DNA of 64,000 nucleotides from an uncultured Gemmatimonadales bacterium (GTDB lineage: Bacteria; Gemmatimonadota; Gemmatimonadetes; Gemmatimonadales; GWC2-71-9), in the NCBI GenBank assembly GCA_963833905.1, contig CAWHZQ010000020.1, positions 3,293 through 67,292 on the forward strand, written 5' to 3'. Below, one piece after another: positions 1-11,015 of the stretch. The notes below the pieces were generated by a model. It worked only from the letters and a program-made list of their open reading frames with translations. It ran no database searches and was not told where the DNA came from. Numbering within the stretch: position 1 is the first letter of the stretch; each line of letters begins with the position of its first letter. The position numbers and the translations under genes are program-made.

Positions 1-73
1 ACGAAAACTGACGGGAGCCTGCGTCAATGAGCAACGCCACTCTAGCCGGTGTTGAGCGGCGCGGACCCGATGC

Positions 74-496
74 TCATGGGCTGGTCGTCGCCGGGGCCGC
101 CAGGACGACGATCCTGCCGGTCATCAGCTGGCCGTGAACCGCGCAGTCGTACTGGTAGGTGCCCGGCGCCGTGAACGTGAACTGGTAGGTGTTGCCTGCC
201 CCGCTCAGGATCCCGCTGCTGGTGAAGCTCGGCGAGCCCATGGATTCAACGCTGTGGGGCAAGTCCGCCCCGGCGGCCCACGTCCAGGTCACGGTCTCGT
301 TGACGGCGACGGTGTCCACCGCCGGGTTGGACGAGCCGTTCAGCGCGCTCGTGAAGAAGATGTCCCCCACGTTGGTGGTCGGTGGGGTCTGTGTGTTCGG
401 GGTGGTCGGTGTGTGCTCCGAGAAGCAGGCGGCGACAACGACGACGCCCGCGAGCGCGAGCCCGAGCAGCGCGAAATGACTCCTGCCCACGGTCAT
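74..496 (-). CDS. Cupredoxin (plastocyanin/azurin-like) lipoprotein
   Basis: C-terminal part of ORF 74..1003 from ATG at 496 (MTVGRSHF...); lipobox VAAC; type-1 copper ligands PHSV and YDCAVHGQLM. Confidence 0.85.
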   Translation of the reverse strand: MTVGRSHFALLGLALAGVVVVAACFSEHTPTTPNTQTPPTTNVGDIFFTSALNGSSNPAVDTVAVNETVTWTWAAGADLPHSVESMGSPSFTSSGILSGAGNTYQFTFTAPGTYQYDCAVHGQLMTGRIVVLAAPATTSP

Positions 497-1590
497 TTGG
501 CCTCCTCGACGATCACCGTCCCCTTCATGAACGGATGCACCACGCAGAAGAACTGGTACGTGCCGGGCTTCGTGAACGTGTGCGGCCAGCTGGCGCCGGG
601 CGCCATGTTTCCCGAGTCGAAGCTGCGGTCGACGGCGGTCACGGTGTGCTCGACCGCATCGTTGTTGGTCCATGCCACCGTCGTGCCCGTCGGGATCTCG
701 ATCCGGCCCGGCTGAAAGGCGATGCTCTTCATGCTCGCCTTGACGGTCGCTCCCGTCCGCGCCGCCGCCGAAGTGTCGCCGGGTGCGGGCGGTGCCGCCG
801 GTGCCGCCGGCGGCGGCGCCGCCGCGGGCTGCCGCCGACCGAAGTAGCGGGCCAGCGTGAACGGGATGGTAAACTCGAAGCCATAGCGCCGCTGGCTCGT
901 CCCGCGGGAGGCGCCCTCCAGCGTCGCGGTGCTGGTGTTGGTCGCCTGGAGCGAGAACGTGTGCGGCGTGCCGGGGATCGCGACGTGGACGCCGGCGCTC
1001 CACGCGGGCTTCTCGCCGGTAACCGAGTCGCGATGGGTGAGCGTCACCAGGTCCCCGGCGAGCGCGATGTAGCGATGGAGCCGAAGCACGAGCCCGCCGC
1101 CGAGCGCGACGTCCGCGTTGCCGCCCTGAGGATCGTCCAGGACGCGCGTGACCCCGATCAGCCGCACCGGCCCCAGCGCGCGCCCGATCGAGATCTCACC
1201 GTCGAGCCCCTTCACTGAGAGGTTGTAGCCCACCTGCCCACCGAGATCGAGCTGAGCGCCGCGGTCCTGCGAGAGTGGCAGCCAGCGCCCGTAGAACTCC
1301 CACTCGTTCGGATAGTTCGGGGTGAGTGTAGAGTTGGTCGAATAGAGGAACCCGACCTGGGTGTGCTTCGGCAACCCGGCGCCGATGACGAAGGTCGGAA
1401 AGTTGGTGACCTTCCGCGCCGGGGCCGAGGTGGCCACGAAGCGGTGCAGGAAGTTGAACTGCACCGTGCCGGTGGGCGCGATCCAGTCACCCGAGACGTT
1501 CGGCGGGCGGTCGAGCAGCGACTGCGCCGGCAGCGGGGCGGTCGCCGTGAGCGGCGCCAAGAGGAGGAGGAAGCCGAGGAATCGAGACAC
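493..1590 (-). CDS. Secreted beta-barrel-like (DUF5777-like) protein fused to a C-terminal cupredoxin
   Basis: GTG at 1590 with AGGAG upstream; signal peptide; beta-strand-rich region ending YGFEFTIPF; Pro/Ala linker; EHTV...FFCVVHPFMKG. Confidence 0.75.
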   Translation of the reverse strand: MSRFLGFLLLLAPLTATAPLPAQSLLDRPPNVSGDWIAPTGTVQFNFLHRFVATSAPARKVTNFPTFVIGAGLPKHTQVGFLYSTNSTLTPNYPNEWEFYGRWLPLSQDRGAQLDLGGQVGYNLSVKGLDGEISIGRALGPVRLIGVTRVLDDPQGGNADVALGGGLVLRLHRYIALAGDLVTLTHRDSVTGEKPAWSAGVHVAIPGTPHTFSLQATNTSTATLEGASRGTSQRRYGFEFTIPFTLARYFGRRQPAAAPPPAAPAAPPAPGDTSAAARTGATVKASMKSIAFQPGRIEIPTGTTVAWTNNDAVEHTVTAVDRSFDSGNMAPGASWPHTFTKPGTYQFFCVVHPFMKGTVIVEEAK

Positions 1591-1757
1591 GCGCGCTCCT
1601 GGCGTTTGGGCGGTAGTCGTAGACGCCCACGGTCTGGACCATACCAGTTCTGGCAAAATGTCCTTTCCGGCGCCAGTGCGGCAAGCCCGGCACCGAGCCG
1701 CGAACGCGAACGCCTCCAGCTCTCGCTGGAGGCTCGGCGCCGCTGCCCAGGAAACGC

Positions 1758-2162
1758 GTGCGTCTTCAGCTCTCGCCGGAGGCGCTCGACTGGCGGTGCC
1801 CGCTGTCGGCGCCGTGCCGGCATCCACGATGCCCGACTCGGCGCGTCGCGCGGGCCTTGATCGACGCACGGTATGCGGTGCTGGAAGCGGAGGATGGCGC
1901 GCGGGCCCTGCAGATCCTCGAGTACGAAGGGGTCCACATCGATCTCGTGCTCACCGACATCAAGATGCCGCGGGTCGACGGCGTCGAGCTCGGCCGCCGC
2001 ATCGCCGACCGGAAATGGCAGGTCCCCGTGATCTACATGTCGGGTGGCACAGGCGAGGGTCTCGTCGCGCCGCTGTTGCGGAAGCCGTTCTCGATGGACA
2101 CGCTGATGGGCGTTCTGGACCGGGCACTGCTGGGCGGGCGAGTGGGACAGCCCGCTGCCTAG
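1758..2162 (+). CDS. Single-domain response regulator receiver (N-terminus not resolved)
   Basis: DLVLTDIKMP, VIYMSG and LRKPF motifs; the N-terminal acidic-pair motif is not in frame. Confidence 0.7.
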   Translation: MRLQLSPEALDWRCPLSAPCRHPRCPTRRVARALIDARYAVLEAEDGARALQILEYEGVHIDLVLTDIKMPRVDGVELGRRIADRKWQVPVIYMSGGTGEGLVAPLLRKPFSMDTLMGVLDRALLGGRVGQPAA

Positions 2163-2164
2163 CG

Positions 2165-3994
<1,830 letters not shown>

Positions 3995-4007
3995 CAGGCC
4001 ATGAACC

Positions 4008-5405
4008 TCACTGCAAGAGTTCGCGGGCAGCGCCGATCAGCGCCTCCGCATCGGTGGTCGTCGGTGCCTCGGCGATGAGCCGGACGATCGGCTCGGTGCC
4101 GGAGGGTCTCACGTGGAGCCAGCGGTCCCGCCAGGAGAGTCGGAGCCCGTCCCGGTCGTCGGCATCCGCGTCGGGGAATCGCGAGCGGAGCTTGGCGTAG
4201 AGCGGCGGGAGGTCCGAACCGCGCGGTCCCTTCGCCTTCACGATAGTGTATTCGGGGGACGCGGCCACCAGCTGCGATACCGTAGCCCCAGACGTGGCAA
4301 GGAGATGCAAGATCAAGGCCACACCCAGGGGAGCATCGCGCCCGATGTGCAGCGCGGGCAACATGACGCCGCCATTCCCTTCACCGCCGATCACCGCGCC
4401 CTCATCGCGAATGGTGCGCGCCACGTTGGCCTCGCCCACCGGCGCGCGGACCAGCCGCGCCCCCGCGGCGCGGGCCGCGTCCTCGACGACCAGGCTGGTC
4501 GACAGGTTCACCACGACCGTGGCGTCTTTGGCGGAACTGGTGCGTCGATCCAACACAGCCCGGACCGCGAACGCCAGCGTGTAGTCCTCGCCGATCGGCC
4601 GGCCAAGCTCGTCGACGATGGCAAGCCGGTCCACGTCGGGATCCACCGCGAGGCCGATGTCGGCACCGCTCCGCCGCACCAGCTCGCCGAGCTCGCCCAG
4701 GTTCTCGGGCACCGGCTCCGGCGGCCGAGGGAAGCGGCCGTCGGGCTCGAGGTTGATGCCGCTCATGCGGCATCCCAGCCGCTCGAGCAGGGGCGGGATG
4801 GCGGATGCCCCGGCGCCGCGCACGCAGTCGAGCGCGACGTGGAAGCCGCGGGCGCGGATGGCCGCCACGTCGATCAGCGGCAGCGCCAGGACGGCGTCCA
4901 GATGACGCGCCACTGCGTCGCGGTCTTCGCGCAGGGCGCCGATGCCGTCCCAGCCCATCCGGGGCGGCCCCGCTTCCGCCAACGCGCGGACCCGCGCGCC
5001 GGCCTCGGCATCGAGGAAGATCCCGTCGGGGCCGACGAACTTGAGCGCGTTCCACTCGATGGGGTTGTGGCTCGCGGTCAGGATCAGGCCGGCGCCGGCG
5101 TGGTGGTGCTCCACCGCCATCTGCACGGTCGGGGTCGGCACCACGCCCACGTCGATGACGTCGACGCCCACCGACATCAGCCCGGCCGCCGCCGCATGGG
5201 TGAACATCGCGCCGCTCGTCCGCGCATCGCGCCCGAGGACCACGGCCGGCCGCGCCTTCTCGCGCCCGGCCGCCGGCTGCCCCGCGGCGGACGCCCGGAC
5301 CCAGGCACCCAGCGCCGCGGCGTGCCGGGCCACGAGCTCGGGCGTGAGGTCCGTGCCCACGTGCCCACGCATCCCGGAAACGCTGATCATCAGGGTGTCG
5401 GACAT
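4008..5405 (-). CDS. glmM: Phosphoglucosamine mutase (alpha-D-phosphohexomutase family)
   Basis: From MSDTLMISVSGMRG; TASHNP, DPDVDR and GEGNGG motifs; adjacent to glmS. Confidence 0.85.
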   Translation of the reverse strand: MSDTLMISVSGMRGHVGTDLTPELVARHAAALGAWVRASAAGQPAAGREKARPAVVLGRDARTSGAMFTHAAAAGLMSVGVDVIDVGVVPTPTVQMAVEHHHAGAGLILTASHNPIEWNALKFVGPDGIFLDAEAGARVRALAEAGPPRMGWDGIGALREDRDAVARHLDAVLALPLIDVAAIRARGFHVALDCVRGAGASAIPPLLERLGCRMSGINLEPDGRFPRPPEPVPENLGELGELVRRSGADIGLAVDPDVDRLAIVDELGRPIGEDYTLAFAVRAVLDRRTSSAKDATVVVNLSTSLVVEDAARAAGARLVRAPVGEANVARTIRDEGAVIGGEGNGGVMLPALHIGRDAPLGVALILHLLATSGATVSQLVAASPEYTIVKAKGPRGSDLPPLYAKLRSRFPDADADDRDGLRLSWRDRWLHVRPSGTEPIVRLIAEAPTTTDAEALIGAARELLQ

Positions 5406-5427
5406 CAGGACTGGATCTGGACGGGCG

Positions 5428-6476
5428 TCAGAGGGAGATCGGCAGTGCCGAGATGTCGCTGAAGGCGCGCTGGAACGCGTCGACGACCTCGGGGTCGAAG
5501 TGGCGTCTGCGCGCACCGCCGGAGCTCGTCGACCGCGTCCGCCGGGGTCCGGGACGGGCGGTAGGCGCGGTTCGTGGTCATCGCGTCGAACGCGTCCACC
5601 ACCGCCACGATGCGCGCCTCCGCCGGGATCTGCGCGCCGACCAGTCCGTCGGGGAAGCCGCCGCCGTCCATCCGCTCGTGGTGCGAGCGAACGATGCGCA
5701 GCACCGATCGGCGACTCGGCCAGGGTCGGCGCCAGGATGCGCTCCCCCAGCGCGGCGTGCCCCTTGATGTGCTCGAACTCCTCGGGCGTGAGCGGCCCCG
5801 GCTTGTTGAGGATGTCCTCGCGCGTCCCGATCTTCCCGATGTCGTGCAGCTCGCCGCCGAGCCGGAGGAACTCCAGGCGCTCGCCCGTGTACCCCAGCTG
5901 GACGGCCGTCTTCACCGCGTAGCGGCTCACCCGCGTCGAGTGGCCGCTGGTGTAGGCGTCCTTGGCCTCGAGCGCGTGCACCAGCGTCTGCACGCCGTTG
6001 ATCAGGGATTGCTTGTTGCGGCGGTCGAGCTCCCGGACGCGGCTCTCGAGGTGCTGCTGGTAGAACCGGTTCTGGAGCACCAGGTCCCGCTTCTCCAGCG
6101 CCTTGTCCACCCGCGCCCGCACTTCCTCCACCAGCACCGGCTTGGAGATGTAGTCGAGCGCGCCCAGCTTGAGGCATTCGACGGCGGTGGTCACCTCCGC
6201 CACCCCGGTGAGCATCACGAACGCCGTGTCCGGATAGCGTCGGAGCGCCTCGCGCAGGAAGGTGACGCCGTCCATTTCGGGCATGTAGATGTCCGAGATG
6301 ACGATCGGGATCTCGCCCTGGCTCTCGAGGATCGCGAGCGCCTCGGCGCCCGACGAGGCCTCGACCGTGGCCAGGCCGTGCGCCTGGATGACACGGGCGA
6401 GCGAATGCCGCACCTGGGCATCGTCGTCCACTACGAGGCAGTGCACGCTGGCCGGGGCGGGTGACGGGAGAGACAC
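5428..6476 (-). CDS. REC + HD-GYP cyclic di-GMP phosphodiesterase response regulator (frameshifted)
   Basis: LVVDDD receiver, HDIGK, then HHERMDGGGFP and VVDAFDAMTTNRAYR in another frame; shifts near 5705 and 5510. Confidence 0.88.
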
Positions 6477-6565
6477 GCTCCGAAGGTAACCGCAAACCGC
6501 CCCCCTCTACAACCGCGCGGCCCTCGCCATTACGCTTCTCCGACCCTCACCCGTTCCGGCCCGCG

Positions 6566-7735
6566 ATGACCCGCATTCTGCCCCACGATCACGAGCATCG
6601 ATTCGCCACCCGCTCGGTGCACGCCGGCCAGGTGCCCGAGCCGCTCTCCGGCGCGGTGATGACGCCCATCTACCAGACATCGACCTACGTGCAGGAGGGC
6701 CTGGGCCGCCACAAAGGGTACGAATACGGCCGCACCCAGAACCCCACCCGGGAGGCGCTCGAGCGCAACATCGCGGCACTCGAAGGCGGCAGCCACGGCT
6801 TTGCCTTCGGCTCGGGGCTCGCGGCGCTCGACACCCTGCTCAAGCTCCTCCGGAGCGGTGATCACGTGGTCTGCGGCGAGAACGTGTACGGCGGCACTCA
6901 CCGGCTGATGGAGCGGGTGTACAGCGAGCTGGGCCTCACGTTCACGTTCGTGGACATGCGGGACGTCCGCCTGGTGGAGCGGGCGCTGACTCCGGCCACG
7001 CGGATGGTCTATTGCGAGACGCCCACCAACCCCATGATGAACCTGGTGGACCTCGCCGCCGTCGGCGACCTCACGCAGGCCCGCGGGCTTCTCTGCGTGG
7101 TCGACAATACCTTCGCCACGCCCTACTTCCAGCGTCCGCTCGAGTTCGCCGCGGACATCGTGCTGCACTCGACGACCAAGTATCTGAACGGCCACAGCGA
7201 CATGGTCGGCGGGCTGCTGGTGACCCGGCGCGACGATCTCGCCGAGCGGATCGGGTTCCTCCAGAACGCCGCCGGCGCGGTCCCGGGGCCGATGGACTGC
7301 TGGCTGGCCCTGCGGGGAATCAAGACGCTCCCGCTTCGGATGCGGCAGCACGACGCCAACGGCCGGCGCATCGCCGAATGGCTGGGACACCGATCGGACG
7401 TGGCGAAGCTGTACTATCCGGGACTCCCGTCGCATCCTCAGCACGAGCTGGCCTGCCGCCAGATGACCGGCTTCGGGGGGATGATCTCGCTGGACCTGGG
7501 GGAGGCCGGCCGCGCCCGGCGGTTCGTGGAGGCCACGCGGATCTTCGCGCTGGCGGAATCGCTCGGCGGGGTGGAGAGCCTGATCGGCCATCCGGCCAGC
7601 ATGACCCACGCGTCCGTTCCGCCGGCCATGCGGCAGGCCATGGGCCTGACGGACAGCCTGGTGCGGCTGAGCTGCGGGGTGGAGGACACCGAGGACCTGA
7701 TCGAGGATCTCGACCAGGCGTTCGCCGCCGCATAG
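6566..7735 (+). CDS. metB: Cystathionine gamma-synthase/gamma-lyase (Cys/Met metabolism PLP enzyme)
   Basis: PIYQTSTY, ETPTNP, DNTFATP, HSTTKYLNGHSD, AESLGGVESL. Confidence 0.85.
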   Translation: MTRILPHDHEHRFATRSVHAGQVPEPLSGAVMTPIYQTSTYVQEGLGRHKGYEYGRTQNPTREALERNIAALEGGSHGFAFGSGLAALDTLLKLLRSGDHVVCGENVYGGTHRLMERVYSELGLTFTFVDMRDVRLVERALTPATRMVYCETPTNPMMNLVDLAAVGDLTQARGLLCVVDNTFATPYFQRPLEFAADIVLHSTTKYLNGHSDMVGGLLVTRRDDLAERIGFLQNAAGAVPGPMDCWLALRGIKTLPLRMRQHDANGRRIAEWLGHRSDVAKLYYPGLPSHPQHELACRQMTGFGGMISLDLGEAGRARRFVEATRIFALAESLGGVESLIGHPASMTHASVPPAMRQAMGLTDSLVRLSCGVEDTEDLIEDLDQAFAAA

Positions 7736-7743
7736 TCTCAAAG

Positions 7744-7769
7744 TGAAACCTAGGGACCGGGTACCCGTA
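7744..7769 (+). promoter_or_regulatory. SigW-type ECF promoter TGAAAC-N16-CGTA
   Basis: TGAAAC at 7744-7749 and CGTA at 7766-7769, about 30 nt upstream of the M48 peptidase. Confidence 0.65.
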
Positions 7770-7798
7770 AGGCCCCGCATCTCCAACCCGAGCCGGCC

Positions 7799-8815
7799 AT
7801 GAGCACTTCCCTGCCCGCCCAGCGCCCGCGTCAGACCTTTCCCCAGATCTCCGGCGTCTCGTGGGAGCACCCGGCCGATCGCGCCGCGCTGCAGGCCCTG
7901 CGGTCGGTCCCCGGCGTGGACGAGGTCATCCGGAAGACGCTCGCCCTGCTGGGCGGCGAGCGGGGCGTGCGGCTCCTGTTCCAGGGCAACGCCGTCCGGG
8001 TGGGACCGGCGCAGTTTCCCAAGCTCTGGCACCTCCACAACGAGGCGGTCACGACCTTCGACTGGCCCACCGTGCCGGAGCTGTACGTCTCCCAGACCCC
8101 GTTCTTCAATGCCGGAGCCTACGGCATCGACCAGCCGTTCATCGTGGTCCACTCGGCCGCGCTCGAGCTGCTCGACGACGACGAGCTGCGGGTGCTGATG
8201 GCCCACGAGCTGGGCCACGTGATCAGCGGGCACGCGCTCTACCGCACCATCGCCGCCATCCTCGCCCTCATCAGTCTCGGCGCGCTGCCCATGCTCGCCA
8301 GCCTGGCCGTGCTTCCGGTCCGCCTCGCCTTTCTCGAGTGGTCGCGGAAATCGGAGCTGTCGGCCGACCGCGCCGGCCTGCTGGGCGCGCAGGACGTCGT
8401 GGCGGCGCACCGGCTCGACATGAAGATGGCCGGCGGCGGCCGCGGCGAGGCCTTCCGCGCGCAGCTCAACGTGGACGCGTTCATGCAGCAGGCCCACGAG
8501 TACGCCACGAGCGGCGAGGGGCTGGACGTCGTCTACAAGCTGCTCAGCACCCTGGCGCTCACGCATCCGATGCACACCGTCCGGGCCGCGGAGCTCCAGC
8601 GCTGGGTCACGAGCGGCGAATACGACCGGATCCTCCGCGGCGAGTACGCCCGCCGCGGGCCCGAGACCACCGACCGTCCGCTGCGCGACGACATGACGGC
8701 CGCCGGCAACTACTACGCGGGCGAGGCGCGGGAGCTCGCCACCCAGGTCGCGGACGCGGCCAAGCGCGCCGCCGAGCGCGCGCGCGACGCGTTCCGGAAC
8801 GCCCAGAAGTCGTGA
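7799..8815 (+). CDS. M48 family zinc metallopeptidase
   Basis: HELGH motif, ELSADRAG, THP. Confidence 0.9.
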   Translation: MSTSLPAQRPRQTFPQISGVSWEHPADRAALQALRSVPGVDEVIRKTLALLGGERGVRLLFQGNAVRVGPAQFPKLWHLHNEAVTTFDWPTVPELYVSQTPFFNAGAYGIDQPFIVVHSAALELLDDDELRVLMAHELGHVISGHALYRTIAAILALISLGALPMLASLAVLPVRLAFLEWSRKSELSADRAGLLGAQDVVAAHRLDMKMAGGGRGEAFRAQLNVDAFMQQAHEYATSGEGLDVVYKLLSTLALTHPMHTVRAAELQRWVTSGEYDRILRGEYARRGPETTDRPLRDDMTAAGNYYAGEARELATQVADAAKRAAERARDAFRNAQKS

Positions 8816-10115
8816 GGCTGCTGGTCATCGGCGGAGGCGGACGGGAGCACGCCCTCTGCTGGGCGCTCCGGCGCGAGAACCCGGACGCGGATCTCTACTG
8901 CGCGCCCGGCAATCCCGGCACCGCCGGCCTGGCGACGAACCTCCCCATCGCGGCCGACGACCTGGACCGGATCGCCGACGCGGCCGACATGCACGGCATC
9001 GATCTCACCGTGGTCGGCCCCGAGGTACCGCTGGCCCGCGGGCTCGCGGATCGCCTCCGGGCCGAGGGACGCGCGGTGTTCGGGCCGAGCGCGGCGGCCG
9101 CGCAGCTCGAGGCGTCCAAGGCGTTCTCGAAGGAAGTGATGCACGCCGCCGGCATCCCCACCGCCGCCAGCCGCACGTTCACCGAGCTCCGCCCCGCCCT
9201 CGACTACGTCGACCGCCATTCCGAGCCATTGGTCGTGAAGGCCTCCGGCCTCGCGGCCGGCAAGGGCGCGGTCGTCTGTCTCACGCGCGGCGAAGCCGCC
9301 GCCGCGGTCCGATCCATGCTCGGCGAGCGCGTCTTCGGCGACGCGGGGGCCACCGTCGTCATCGAGGCGTTTCTCGAGGGCGAGGAAATCTCGGTCCTCG
9401 CGGTCACGGACGGCCGGGACGTCGAGCTGCTCCCGGTCTCCCAGGATCACAAGCGCCTGCTCGAGGGCGACGCGGGCCCCAACACCGGCGGCATGGGGGC
9501 GTACAGTCCCGTCGCGGTCGCCACGCCCGCGTTGCTGGCGCGCGCGCGCGCGGAGGTTCTGCTTCCGGCGCTCGAGGAAATGCGGCGACGGGACACGCCC
9601 TACACCGGGAGTGCTGTATGCCGGCCTGATGGTCGATCGCGACGGGACGCCGTGGGTGGTGGAGTTCAACTGCCGCCTCGGGAGATCCCGAGACGCAGGT
9701 CGTGCTGCCGCTCGTGGAGGGCGGCCTGACCGACGCGTTCTGGAAGGTGGCGCATGGGGAGGGCGTGGCTCCGATCGCCCGCCGGACCGGCGAGGCGTCG
9801 GTGACGACGGTGCTGGCCTCGCGGGGATATCCGGACCGGCCCGAGCAGGGGGCCGCCATCCGGATTCCCGAGGAGCTGCCGGCCGGCGTCACGGTCTTCC
9901 ATGCGGGCACCGCGCGGGGGCCGGATGGCGTGCTGCGGGTCAACGGCGGACGCGTGCTCAACGTGACGGCCGTGGCAGCGACCTTTCCCGAGGCGCAGCG
10001 GCTCAGTCGAGAGACGGCCGAGGCGATCGAGTACGAGGGGAAGATCTTCCGGCGGGACATCGGCTGGCGGGAAGCGGCGCGGGTGCGTGACGACGTGAGC
10101 GAGTCTCGGAGCTGA
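8812..10115 (+). CDS. purD: Phosphoribosylamine-glycine ligase (frameshifted)
   Basis: [26 protein letters not shown]...[24 protein letters not shown] spread over three frames. Confidence 0.93.
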
Positions 10116-10190
10116 TCGTCGCGCGCTCCGGGATGACGGGATCGGTTGAACCGTCCTCCCCGCGGAGCCTCCCCGTTAGATTTGGGAGCG

Positions 10191-11015
10191 ATGCCCGAGC
10201 TCCCCGAAGTCGAAACCATCGTTCGCGACATCCGCCCCGCCCTCGTCGGCCGCCAGCTCGGCCGAGTCTCGCTGAGCCACGACGACATCCTGAGCGGGGT
10301 CACCCGCCGGACGCTGTTGCGCGGCCTGAACGGCGCCACCGTGCACTCCGTCTTCCGGCGGGCGAAGCACGCGGTGCTCGACCTGGGCGCCCGGCGACTC
10401 GTCGTGCAGCCCGGCATGACCGGCTCCCTCATCGTCTACGACCGCCCCCTCACGGAGGAAGAGCGCCGCTACGCGGTGCTGCGCGCGCCGCTCGACGACG
10501 GGCGAGAGCTGGTCTATCGGGATGTCCGCCGGATCGGGAAGCTCCGGCTGCTCGACGCCGCCGGCTGGCGGCGCTATACCGAAGCGATCGGCCCCGAGCC
10601 GCTCGAGCCCGACTTCACCGCCGACCGTCTCGGCAGCGCCCTGGGGCGCTCGCGCCAGGCGGTGAAGAAGGTGCTCATGGATCAACGGTACCTGGCGGGC
10701 GTGGGCAACATCTACGCGAACGAGGCGCTCTTCGCGGCGGGGATCGACCCGTCGAAGCCGGCGCGCAAGCTCACGCCCGATGACCACCGCCGCCTGCACA
10801 CGGAGATCCGGCGCATTCTGGAAGCGGCCATCGCGTCCAACGGCTCGACCGTGAGGGATTACCGGACGGGCACCGGTGAGCCGGGCAATTTCCAGCTGGA
10901 GCTGCTGGTCTACGGGCGCGAAGGGGAGCCGTGCCGTCGCTGCGGCACGCGGCTCGCCGGTACGCACCTGATCGACGCGCGCATTTCCGTCTTCTGCCAC
11001 CGCTGCCAATCGTGA
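10191..11015 (+). CDS. mutM: Formamidopyrimidine-DNA glycosylase
   Basis: MPELPEVE N-terminus, GVGNIYANE, C-terminal zinc finger CRRC...CHRCQ. Confidence 0.97.
   Translation: MPELPEVETIVRDIRPALVGRQLGRVSLSHDDILSGVTRRTLLRGLNGATVHSVFRRAKHAVLDLGARRLVVQPGMTGSLIVYDRPLTEEERRYAVLRAPLDDGRELVYRDVRRIGKLRLLDAAGWRRYTEAIGPEPLEPDFTADRLGSALGRSRQAVKKVLMDQRYLAGVGNIYANEALFAAGIDPSKPARKLTPDDHRRLHTEIRRILEAAIASNGSTVRDYRTGTGEPGNFQLELLVYGREGEPCRRCGTRLAGTHLIDARISVFCHRCQS

Noticed and set aside
1631-1648. GGTCTGGACC near-palindrome resembling a GntR-type operator
   Set aside because: Single short imperfect site with no cognate regulator in the window
4008-6476. 822-aa REC/HD-GYP-GlmM fusion
   Set aside because: The HD-GYP C-terminus continues in another frame and glmM has its own ATG; a frameshift artefact
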